A stretch of DNA of 33,080 nucleotides. Origin: Chloroflexota bacterium (GTDB lineage Bacteria > Chloroflexota > Limnocylindria > Limnocylindrales > Limnocylindraceae). Made by a program: the position numbers and the translations under genes. This document shows positions 26,282-33,080 of this stretch, piece by piece; the first letter of the stretch is position 1, and each line of letters begins with the position of its first letter. The notes below the pieces were generated by a model, which was not told the origin of the DNA, made no database searches, and worked only from the letters and a program-made list of their open reading frames with translations. The DNA is taken from NCBI GenBank assembly GCA_041177405.1, contig JBEDBF010000004.1, positions 1 through 33,080 of the forward strand, read 5' to 3'.

Positions 26282-26617
26282 ATGGGTGCCCAAGACACAA
26301 CAGATGCATTCTTCGAGCTGCTGAACGCGGATAACCGCGATGGAGCGCTCAAGCTCATGGAAGATCGCGTTGAGATGCGGATTCATGTTGGTGAAGGTGT
26401 GCAGATGCTCAAGGGGCTCGAGCGCGTTGGCGGTTGGTTCCTCCGCGCGGACAAGGGCCTACGGATGATCCCAGGCGAGATCAAAGATACGGGCCACCAG
26501 GTGGAGTGCGACATCCTTGTGGTCCGACCTGGCGCCAAAAGCCACAAGCTCGACGCCACGATAAAGGTGGAGGCCGGCAGGATCACCTCGATCAACCTCT
26601 CCCCCGCAAAGGGGTAG
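26282..26617 (+). CDS. Small NTF2/SnoaL-like hypothetical protein (111 aa)
   Basis: MGAQDTTDAFFELLNADNRDGALKLMEDRVE...GLERVGGWF...IKVEAGRITSI follows the SnoaL-like pattern. Start moved to ATG 26282. Confidence 0.65.
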   Translation: MGAQDTTDAFFELLNADNRDGALKLMEDRVEMRIHVGEGVQMLKGLERVGGWFLRADKGLRMIPGEIKDTGHQVECDILVVRPGAKSHKLDATIKVEAGRITSINLSPAKG

Positions 26618-26650
26618 CGCCCCCGTCCGACGAGAGGATTCGTACGCCGA

Positions 26651-27460
26651 TTACGGCGCGGGGCTAGGAGAGCTCTCGATATCGGGGAGAACGATAGGGA
26701 TCACAAGTTGTTCTCCGATCTTCAGGTTGTTCGGATTTCCAACCTGTGGATTTGCGCCAAGGATCACCTCCATGCTCACCTTGTACTCCTGACTGATCTC
26801 AAAGAGCGTGTCACCACTCTTCACCACGTGCACTTTCGGGGCTGGCGTTGGTGTTGGCGTCGGTGATGCGCTGGCCTCAGGCGTTACGCTTGCGCTCGGT
26901 GAAGCGTCTTGGCCGATCCCACTTAGGAGGCTACCGAATCCCTTCAAAATGGATGGTGTCGCAAAAAGAACCACGCCGATCAGCACCACCACTGCACCGA
27001 AACTACGGAGGCTACTCAGCGCACGCGGGAGTCGAATGAGCGCCTTTGGCAGCTCGTCGTCGAGACTCCGCCGATGGTGGAGCGGAACCACTCGCGCACG
27101 TTCTTCGCCCTCTTCGTCTCCTGGTTGCGTTGGCGTGGCAGCGTTCGCCGTCGACCAGATCGTGCCGTCATCAGCAGGCGGCGCTGCCAAGTCCTCATCA
27201 CCGCGAGATGCTGCCGCAAGCTCGTCTGTGGGGAGCGGCACTGCTGTGACGATCGGCTGCGCCGCCTCGCGTGCTGCCCATGCCGCAAACGCTGGGCACG
27301 TGGTAAAGGTCGCGCTGAGACAGTACGAACTTTGGTGATCAAGCTCGATCTGCAGTGCTGGGCGCTGCGCAAAGCAGGCATGCGTGACGTGTGCTGTGGA
27401 GTGGCGTCTGCTTGAGTCGGTTGAGATCGCGAGGAAGGGGCAAACGTTGGCGCTGCTCAT
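26651..27460 (-). CDS. Membrane-anchored LysM protein with N-terminal Cys/His domain
   Basis: C-terminal LysM (HVVKSGDTLFEISQEY...NP...LKIGEQLVIP), Pro/Thr linker, one TM, and N-terminal CPFL...HACF...H..YC...C. Confidence 0.85.
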   Translation of the reverse strand: MSSANVCPFLAISTDSSRRHSTAHVTHACFAQRPALQIELDHQSSYCLSATFTTCPAFAAWAAREAAQPIVTAVPLPTDELAAASRGDEDLAAPPADDGTIWSTANAATPTQPGDEEGEERARVVPLHHRRSLDDELPKALIRLPRALSSLRSFGAVVVLIGVVLFATPSILKGFGSLLSGIGQDASPSASVTPEASASPTPTPTPAPKVHVVKSGDTLFEISQEYKVSMEVILGANPQVGNPNNLKIGEQLVIPIVLPDIESSPSPAP

Positions 27461-28221
27461 GCCGCCGATCTTATCCCTTCGCGCCAGACGAGCTCCATGC
27501 GGTCAGCGAGCGCGTCGCTCCACGCCGCAGCGAGCGCCAACTCTTCACGAGACCCTTGCACGGGCGGGGTGACACCTGGCTCCAGCACGCTGACATCCGG
27601 AAGGCCGATCACCTCGATGCGCGGCAGCCCAATGCGACGATTGTGAAAGCGAAAGACGATCGGAACCACCGGGACACCAGTGCGGATGCCAATGACGGCG
27701 GCACCGGGCCGAAACTCTGCGAACCGATCGGCAGGGCCGCTCGTTCCACCCTCTGGCATTACCGCGTAGTGGGCGCCGGCGGCGAAGACGGCGCTCGCGG
27801 CGGCCAAGTGTGTCTCAATACCGCTTGTTCCTCGCCAGACTGGAAGCAGCCCACCAAGCCGACGCAGGATTCCCGCGCGCACTCGACCGCGACCAACAAT
27901 GAAGGGTCCAAGCCCGAGCCACCAGATGCGCGGTTGCGCAGGCGCGGCGATCCCGAGCGCAAAGGCTTCGTAATAGCGACGGTGTGGTGCGCCAACAAGA
28001 ATGCGAGGTCCCGAGTGCTCCAGCCGATCAAGTCCATAGGCGCGCACTCGCAGCCCAAACACCCAGCCGACGGATCTCATGGAGAGTCGGAGGAGTCGAT
28101 ACGCGGGGCTCGCCTTCGCCCATGGGGCCCTCCCGAGCCAGGCGACACCCTCGCCAGCGGCGGGTGGCGTCAGCGCGTCTCGGCTATAGCTGCTGTATGC
28201 ACGAACCTTTCGCTCATCCAT
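27457..28221 (-). CDS. PlsC-like (1-acyl-glycerol-3-phosphate) acyltransferase-family protein
   Basis: GLRVRAYGLDRL...ILVGAPHRRYYE, LGGLLPVWR, VMPEGG, FRPGAA and VPVVPI. Start at ATG 28221. Confidence 0.78.
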   Translation of the reverse strand: MDERKVRAYSSYSRDALTPPAAGEGVAWLGRAPWAKASPAYRLLRLSMRSVGWVFGLRVRAYGLDRLEHSGPRILVGAPHRRYYEAFALGIAAPAQPRIWWLGLGPFIVGRGRVRAGILRRLGGLLPVWRGTSGIETHLAAASAVFAAGAHYAVMPEGGTSGPADRFAEFRPGAAVIGIRTGVPVVPIVFRFHNRRIGLPRIEVIGLPDVSVLEPGVTPPVQGSREELALAAAWSDALADRMELVWREGIRSAA

Positions 28222-28329
28222 CTGAGCAACCCTACACGCCACCTGACGCCAGTGGAGGGACCCGCCGCGCCACGGGTCGGCTACCTTAGTAGAGAGGCGT
28301 GTTCACGCCGAGAGAGATAGGAGGTTCGC

Positions 28330-28674
28330 GTGGAGGTACTGGAAGGAGTTCTCGTCTTTGCTCACCTGCTCGGGATGGCAGCGATCGTTGGTGGCTACTT
28401 CGCCGGCCTTCGCAGCGTGCCGAAGCGACTCTCCGCCGGTATGGTGCACGGCACCCTACTGCAACTCGTTACGGGACTGCTGCTCGTTGGAGTTGCCGAA
28501 GTGATGGGTGATGAACCAGTCGACCACGCCAAGGTGGGAATCAAGCTCGCCATTGTTGTGGTGCTCGCACTCATTACCTGGCCGCGACGACGCGACCAAG
28601 AGATCCCTGCAGGGACCTATCACGCCGCGGGTATCCTGGCGATCACCAATGTGGCGATCGCCGTATTTGTATAG
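28330..28674 (+). CDS. Small 4-TM integral membrane protein, first gene of the sodN operon
   Basis: AGGAGG RBS and GTG start. Four hydrophobic segments, each with a nearby His (FAHLLG, MVHGT, VDHAK, YHAAG). 13-nt gap to sodN. Confidence 0.8.
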   Translation: MEVLEGVLVFAHLLGMAAIVGGYFAGLRSVPKRLSAGMVHGTLLQLVTGLLLVGVAEVMGDEPVDHAKVGIKLAIVVVLALITWPRRRDQEIPAGTYHAAGILAITNVAIAVFV

Positions 28675-28687
28675 TCAAGGAGGCAAC

Positions 28688-29119
28688 ATGCGCAACGCAA
28701 TGAAGAAGGTCCGCTCAGCACTTGCTCCCGTTACCGTCCACGCACACTGCGACATTCCATGCGGGATCTACGACCCGGCGGGTGCCGTGCTTGCGGCAAA
28801 GACCGTGGCGCGCATGGTCGAGCTGATCACGACGACGGAGATTGGTGGCCCCGCTGACCACGCTGGTCGCAACAAGGTTGCTCGCTGCATCGCCGTGAAG
28901 GAGGAGCACGCTGAACTGGTGAAGCGTGAGGTTCAGGTGATTTGGTCCGACTACTTCAAGCCGGAGCACCTGACGAAGGTGCCAGACCTGCACGACCAGG
29001 TATGGAAGCTGCTAAAGCTTGCCTCCAAGAACAAGCAGAGTGTTGATGCCGCAGCCGCAGCAGAGCTGGTTGCCGCGACAGAAGCGTTCGCGAAGTCGTT
29101 CGCCGCTTCAAAGGCGTAA
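28688..29119 (+). CDS. sodN: Nickel superoxide dismutase precursor
   Basis: Leader ending VHA, then the nickel hook HCDIPCGIYDP, KEEHAELVK and IWSDYFKPEH. AAGGAGG RBS before ATG 28688. Confidence 0.97.
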   Translation: MRNAMKKVRSALAPVTVHAHCDIPCGIYDPAGAVLAAKTVARMVELITTTEIGGPADHAGRNKVARCIAVKEEHAELVKREVQVIWSDYFKPEHLTKVPDLHDQVWKLLKLASKNKQSVDAAAAAELVAATEAFAKSFAASKA

Positions 29120-29134
29120 CGAGTCAACGCAACG

Positions 29135-29494
29135 GTGACGACTGCGCGCCGCATCTGGCGCGCGGTCGTCGCTGAGAACTCCATGGCGCCAGCCCTTTTG
29201 GAGGGCGATCTCCTCCTCGTCCTCCCCGCGGGACCCGCTGGACTCCCCTGGCTTCGCTCTGCTCCTCGCGAGGGGAGCATTGTGATCGTGGAGCGCGAGG
29301 GTCGCCTCGACGTGAAGCGCGTCGCGGCGCGGACGATTGGCGTCACGGGCGATTCGGACTCACTCTGGCTCCTTGGTGATAACGCAGCCGTCTCCAACGA
29401 CTCGCGCCAGACTGGGCCAGTGCCGCTCAGCGCACTTCGCGGCATTGTGGTCTTCCGAACGGGTCCCGCTGGACGACGCGGGCGCGTGCGCTGA
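29135..29494 (+). CDS. sodX: NiSOD maturation peptidase (S26-like)
   Basis: ENSMAPAL (Ser), DVKRV (Lys) and LLGDN...SNDSR..GPV. Immediately downstream of sodN. Confidence 0.88.
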   Translation: MTTARRIWRAVVAENSMAPALLEGDLLLVLPAGPAGLPWLRSAPREGSIVIVEREGRLDVKRVAARTIGVTGDSDSLWLLGDNAAVSNDSRQTGPVPLSALRGIVVFRTGPAGRRGRVR

Positions 29495-29532
29495 GGCGCG
29501 AGCGATAGGGCGCGAGCGTGACGACGCCCTGG

Positions 29533-30474
29533 CTAGATCGCGTCGCGAAGTTCTGCGAGCAGGTCGAGTGGCTCGAGCGCAAGCGGGAGGAAGTGTTGCA
29601 TCAGGAGCCGTTGCGCTCCCGCATCGCGGAAGGCGCGCAACTGGCTGAGCGCCTCTTCGGGAGTCCCTGTGACCCAGCGCGGTCGACGCGGCGCAAGGTA
29701 CGCCTCAGGATCACCACTCCCACCAATCCGCTCCATCAACTTCGTCACGTTGGCGAAATACTCTGCCTGACTGCGGCCAATGAGGAGACCCGTCATCGCC
29801 GATCGCACGAGCGTTGCGGGCTCACGCCCGGCGGCGGCACACGCGGCATCAAGTGCGGCGAACTTTTCGCGAGCGATCTGCGGCGTGGATGAGGTGAGAT
29901 TGAACTCGTCGGCGTGTGCCGCGGCGATCCGCATCCCGCGCGGCGAGCCCTCACCCCCCGTGATGATCCACGGCACCGGTTCAGGCTTTGGCCGGAAGAG
30001 GGCGTCGCTCACCTGGTAGTGCGTCCCGCTGAACGACCAACCGTCTGGACCCGACCAGAGGCCACGCACAATGTTGAGCTGCTCCTCCAGCATTGCCGCA
30101 CGCACTGGCATCTCAGGGAACGGAAAGCCGTATCGGCGATGCTCTGATTCATGCCACCCGGCGCCGAGACCTGCGTGCATGCGCCGCCCTGCCATCTCCT
30201 GCACCGTGGCAACCACCTTCGCGTACTCGCCTGGGTATCGGAAGGTGACTGGACTCACCAACGTTCCGAGTGCAATGACCCTGGTCTCGCGGGCGAGTCC
30301 CGCCAAGACACTCCATGCATCACTCGTCGCCTGATCTGCAGAACCTGGGAAGGATTCATAGTGATCGGTGCGGTAGAAGGCATCGAAACCGAGTGCCTCA
30401 GATCGCTGTGCGATGGCGAGTTGTTGTGCATAGGTGAGGCCCATCTGTCCCTCAACCACGATGCCGATCTTCAT
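29533..30474 (-). CDS. LLM-class (probably F420-dependent) oxidoreductase
   Basis: GFDAFYRTDHY, DAWSVLAGLARET, LGTLVSPVTFRYPG, GLGAGWHESEH and PKP...IITGG. Confidence 0.9.
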   Translation of the reverse strand: MKIGIVVEGQMGLTYAQQLAIAQRSEALGFDAFYRTDHYESFPGSADQATSDAWSVLAGLARETRVIALGTLVSPVTFRYPGEYAKVVATVQEMAGRRMHAGLGAGWHESEHRRYGFPFPEMPVRAAMLEEQLNIVRGLWSGPDGWSFSGTHYQVSDALFRPKPEPVPWIITGGEGSPRGMRIAAAHADEFNLTSSTPQIAREKFAALDAACAAAGREPATLVRSAMTGLLIGRSQAEYFANVTKLMERIGGSGDPEAYLAPRRPRWVTGTPEEALSQLRAFRDAGAQRLLMQHFLPLALEPLDLLAELRDAI

Positions 30475-30577
30475 GCGGCAACCCTAGCGCGTGGGGACAG
30501 CACGCGAGGCGAAGAGTATGATCGTTGCAACGTGAACTACCGCAGCTTGTGGCAGAGGCGTGAATCAGGAGGTTCCC

Positions 30578-32233
30578 ATGGCAACCGTACGACGCAGTCC
30601 TTCACGCCCGAGTAAGGCGAAGCGGCCGACCGCATCACGCCCCACCCCAAACCAGCACGCTGGCGAGGAGCTCTCCAGGCGCGCGAAGCAGGGGATCGTT
30701 GTTGCGATCATGCTCGCCCTCTTCTTGGGTGCGCTGGACCAGACAATCGTTGGCACGGCGCTCCCCCAGATCATCACCGAGCTCAACGGTGCAAACCTCT
30801 ACACCTGGGTGGTCACGATCTACCTCCTGGCGAGCACCGTCACCGTGCCGATCTACGGCAAGCTTTCAGATATGTATGGCCGCAAGCCACTCCTGCTCAC
30901 GGGCGTTGGGTTATTCCTCATCGGCTCGGCACTCGCCGGCCTCTCTCAGACCATTGAACAGCTGATCCTCTTCCGCGGAATTCAGGGACTCGGTGCTGGT
31001 GCCCTCTTCCCAATTGCGCTCGCCACGATTGGGGACCTCTTCAGCGCGAAAGAGCGTGGCCGCTACCAGGGACTGTTCGGCGCCGTCTTCGGCCTCTCCA
31101 GCCTTGTTGGTCCAGCGCTCGGCGGCTGGCTCACCGATACCTTCAGCTGGCACCTCATCTTCTACGTCAACATTCCGATCGGCCTGCTGAGCATTGCCAT
31201 CATTCTGCTTGAGCTCCCGACGTTCAGAGGGCGGCCAAATCAGAAGATCGACTTCCTTGGCGCGGTCGTCTTCGCCGCAGGCATCATCCCCGTGCTGATC
31301 GGTCTGACCAACGTCCAGACAAACGACTTTGCAACTCCAGCTGTGGCTGGACTGATCTCTGTCGGACTTGCAATCCTCGGCGCATTCATCTTCATTGAGG
31401 CGAAGGCTGAGGAGCCGATCATTCCACTTGAGCTTTTCAGAAATCGAACCTTCACCGCCGCGGCCGCTGCAACCTTCTTCTCATCTGTGGGGTTCTTCGC
31501 AGCGGTCATCTTCCTGCCACGCTACTTCCAGAGTGTGCTCGGCGAGACGGCGACCAACTCTGGCTACGCCACCCTCCCGCTCCTCCTCGGCGTGATCATC
31601 AGTTCGGTCGGTGCCGGCCTGCTGGTCGCTCGACGCGGACGATACAAGACACTGATCCTTGGGGCGATCGTGCTCGTCACCGCCGGCTCACTCCTCCTCA
31701 CGAACATCAAGGCAGACACGGATCCGTGGGTACTGCGCGGCTGGATGTTCCTTGCCGGAATCGGCGTTGGACCAACCCTCTCCGTCTTCACGATCGTGGT
31801 GCAGAACGCAGTCCCCTTTAAGTTCCTCGGTGCCGCAACCTCGAACCTCACCTTCTTCCGTCAGGTTGGCGGATCGGTTGGCCTTGCAATCGTCGGGTCG
31901 TATTTCGGTGGTCAGTTGACGAGCACCATCCCAGCAGAGCTCGCTGCGGCGGCACCCGCGGGGACGTTCGATCCGTTCTTCGCCGCCACTGGTGGCAACC
32001 TCGACCAACTCACCAACGTCGGCGGGGCGTTTGACCCTGCCCTCCTGGCGCTCATTCCGGTCCAATATGTTGATGTCTTCTTTACCGCCATCAAGGCTGG
32101 CATTGCAGATGCGATCGGTGCAATCTTCTGGCTGGCCGTCGTCGCAAGCCTCGTAGCGCTGCTCGCCGCAACGTTGATTGAGGAGATCCCACTGCGGAGT
32201 GGTTCACGTGCTGGGACGCCTGCGGAACTCTAA
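30578..32233 (+). CDS. MFS drug:H+ antiporter, DHA2 (EmrB/QacA) family
   Basis: ALDQTIVGTALP, WVVTIYLLA, YGKLSDMYGRK, RGIQGLG, GPALGG and W..IFYVNIPIG. AGGAGG RBS before ATG 30578. Confidence 0.94.
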   Translation: MATVRRSPSRPSKAKRPTASRPTPNQHAGEELSRRAKQGIVVAIMLALFLGALDQTIVGTALPQIITELNGANLYTWVVTIYLLASTVTVPIYGKLSDMYGRKPLLLTGVGLFLIGSALAGLSQTIEQLILFRGIQGLGAGALFPIALATIGDLFSAKERGRYQGLFGAVFGLSSLVGPALGGWLTDTFSWHLIFYVNIPIGLLSIAIILLELPTFRGRPNQKIDFLGAVVFAAGIIPVLIGLTNVQTNDFATPAVAGLISVGLAILGAFIFIEAKAEEPIIPLELFRNRTFTAAAAATFFSSVGFFAAVIFLPRYFQSVLGETATNSGYATLPLLLGVIISSVGAGLLVARRGRYKTLILGAIVLVTAGSLLLTNIKADTDPWVLRGWMFLAGIGVGPTLSVFTIVVQNAVPFKFLGAATSNLTFFRQVGGSVGLAIVGSYFGGQLTSTIPAELAAAAPAGTFDPFFAATGGNLDQLTNVGGAFDPALLALIPVQYVDVFFTAIKAGIADAIGAIFWLAVVASLVALLAATLIEEIPLRSGSRAGTPAEL

Positions 32234-33080
32234 GCGCGCGGCCCTCGTCGCGCTCCTCCTCTCTCTGCTCGCTGCTCCTGCGGCTGGCCCCGCCGCCGGT
32301 GAGGGGGCGGCGACCGCATCGGCCGCCTCGTATCAGTGCACGCCGTGGACCTCCCTCACACGGCCACCTGAGAGCATCTGGGTCCACATCCCGATCAAGA
32401 AGGGGCGACGCTACAAGATGGGGACGCGCGTGCAGGTGGATTTCAAAACCTATGTTGAGCGTGTCGTCATCAATGAGTGGGGCCCAAACGAGACGCATCG
32501 CGCACAACTGCTCGCCGCTGCACAGATCGTCAAGCAGTACGCCTGGTGGTACGTCACACATCCGAACAAGAAACTGAAAGATAAGAACGGCGACTGCTTC
32601 GACATTGGCTCCACCGTGACCTTCCAGCTCTACAAGGAGAACGCCACGGCGAAACAGGAGGCGTCAGATGCGGCGCGAGTCAAGAAGGGACTCCCCGCCC
32701 GGCTCCCGCTGATCCGCTCAGCGATCGAAGCGATCTGGCCACTCTCGATCTGGCGAACCGCTGGGGGACGGAAGGGATTCGCACACACGGGGTATCGCGC
32801 GGGAAGCTATCGGAAGGGATGCGACAAGTATTACACCGGCTTCCACCTCTTTCAGCAGAATGCGCGACGATGTGTGCGAGATGGCGAAACATTCGAAGCG
32901 CTGATCCGACGATTCTATGGTCCGAACATTGCGCTCTATCAACCCCTCCCCAGTGAGACGGATGCGACGCTCGTTGACTACGTGCCCGATCCATTCGCCG
33001 AACCGTGGTCGCTTCCAGAAGGGTGGAGTGACGGCACACTCACGGAGTTCCGTGGCGACTTTGACGGAGACCTCTTCCCG
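32199..33080 (+). CDS. Secreted SpoIID/LytB-like protein with possible FG-GAP repeat (partial, runs off window)
   Basis: Not in the ORF track; translated by hand. GTG start at 32199 or 32208 overlaps the MFS end. Signal-like KRAALVALLLSLLAAPA is followed by VDFKTYVERVVINEW...LLAAAQIVKQYAWW...CFDIGSTVTFQLY and ends GDFDGDLFP, with no stop to 33080. Confidence 0.72.
   Translation, partial: MVHVLGRLRNSKRAALVALLLSLLAAPAAGPAAGEGAATASAASYQCTPWTSLTRPPESIWVHIPIKKGRRYKMGTRVQVDFKTYVERVVINEWGPNETHRAQLLAAAQIVKQYAWWYVTHPNKKLKDKNGDCFDIGSTVTFQLYKENATAKQEASDAARVKKGLPARLPLIRSAIEAIWPLSIWRTAGGRKGFAHTGYRAGSYRKGCDKYYTGFHLFQQNARRCVRDGETFEALIRRFYGPNIALYQPLPSETDATLVDYVPDPFAEPWSLPEGWSDGTLTEFRGDFDGDLFP

Noticed and set aside
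26845-26905. Short tandem-like repeats (GGTGTT/GGCGTT)
   Set aside because: They encode the Pro/Thr linker of the LysM protein and are not a CRISPR or DNA repeat.
27391-28320. 309-aa plus-strand ORF
   Set aside because: It is antisense to the acyltransferase and has no motifs.
28508-28687. 60-aa extension of SodN
   Set aside because: It overlaps the membrane protein gene out of frame. The strong RBS marks ATG 28688.
32091-33039. Minus-strand ORFs 32091-32561, 32680-33039 and 32718-32942
   Set aside because: They are shadows of the plus-strand SpoIID-like frame.
1-33080. CRISPR arrays, IS elements, prophage, defence or toxin-antitoxin genes
   Set aside because: I saw no regularly spaced repeats and no transposase, integrase, nuclease or reverse transcriptase motifs. 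Nearly all bases are explained by housekeeping or metabolic genes.

Overview
This is a gene-dense, GC-rich bacterial chromosomal segment with short or overlapping intergenic spaces. It looks like a streamlined monoderm, plausibly a freshwater Chloroflexota/Limnocylindria-type genome, but that assignment is inference only. I found about 31 protein-coding loci and 2 tRNAs, and no recognisable mobile element, CRISPR array or phage gene. Contents in order: a partial sufD-like gene and sufB; a stand-alone RND permease; a frameshifted/internally deleted osmC; a five-gene operon (aldehyde dehydrogenase, two class III aminotransferases, two-subunit CoA-transferase); a Nur-like Fur regulator divergent from a NikMN-Q-O ECF nickel transporter; rarA, a DEAD-box helicase, arsC and an alpha/beta hydrolase; tRNA-Gln, a GMC oxidoreductase, tRNA-Gly, htpX-lemA; a saccharopine-dehydrogenase-family gene, a DUF885 protein, a SnoaL-like protein, a LysM membrane protein and an acyltransferase; a membrane protein-sodN-sodX operon; an LLM oxidoreductase, a DHA2 MFS pump and a partial SpoIID-like gene. 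The main points of interest are: (1) a complete nickel circuit (Nur, operator, Nik transporter, NiSOD) with a non-canonical NikM N-terminus, a His-rich NikO and a His-containing membrane protein in the sodN operon; (2) pervasive leaderless promoters, including a symmetric 22-bp bidirectional one; (3) a sufD-like frame that runs in-frame into a CxxCH cytochrome c segment at the window edge, which is either a fusion or a chimera; (4) an htpX stop codon inside tRNA-Gly; (5) a MerR/CueR-like promoter with a structured leader; (6) a candidate compact diamine-to-acyl-CoA catabolic operon.
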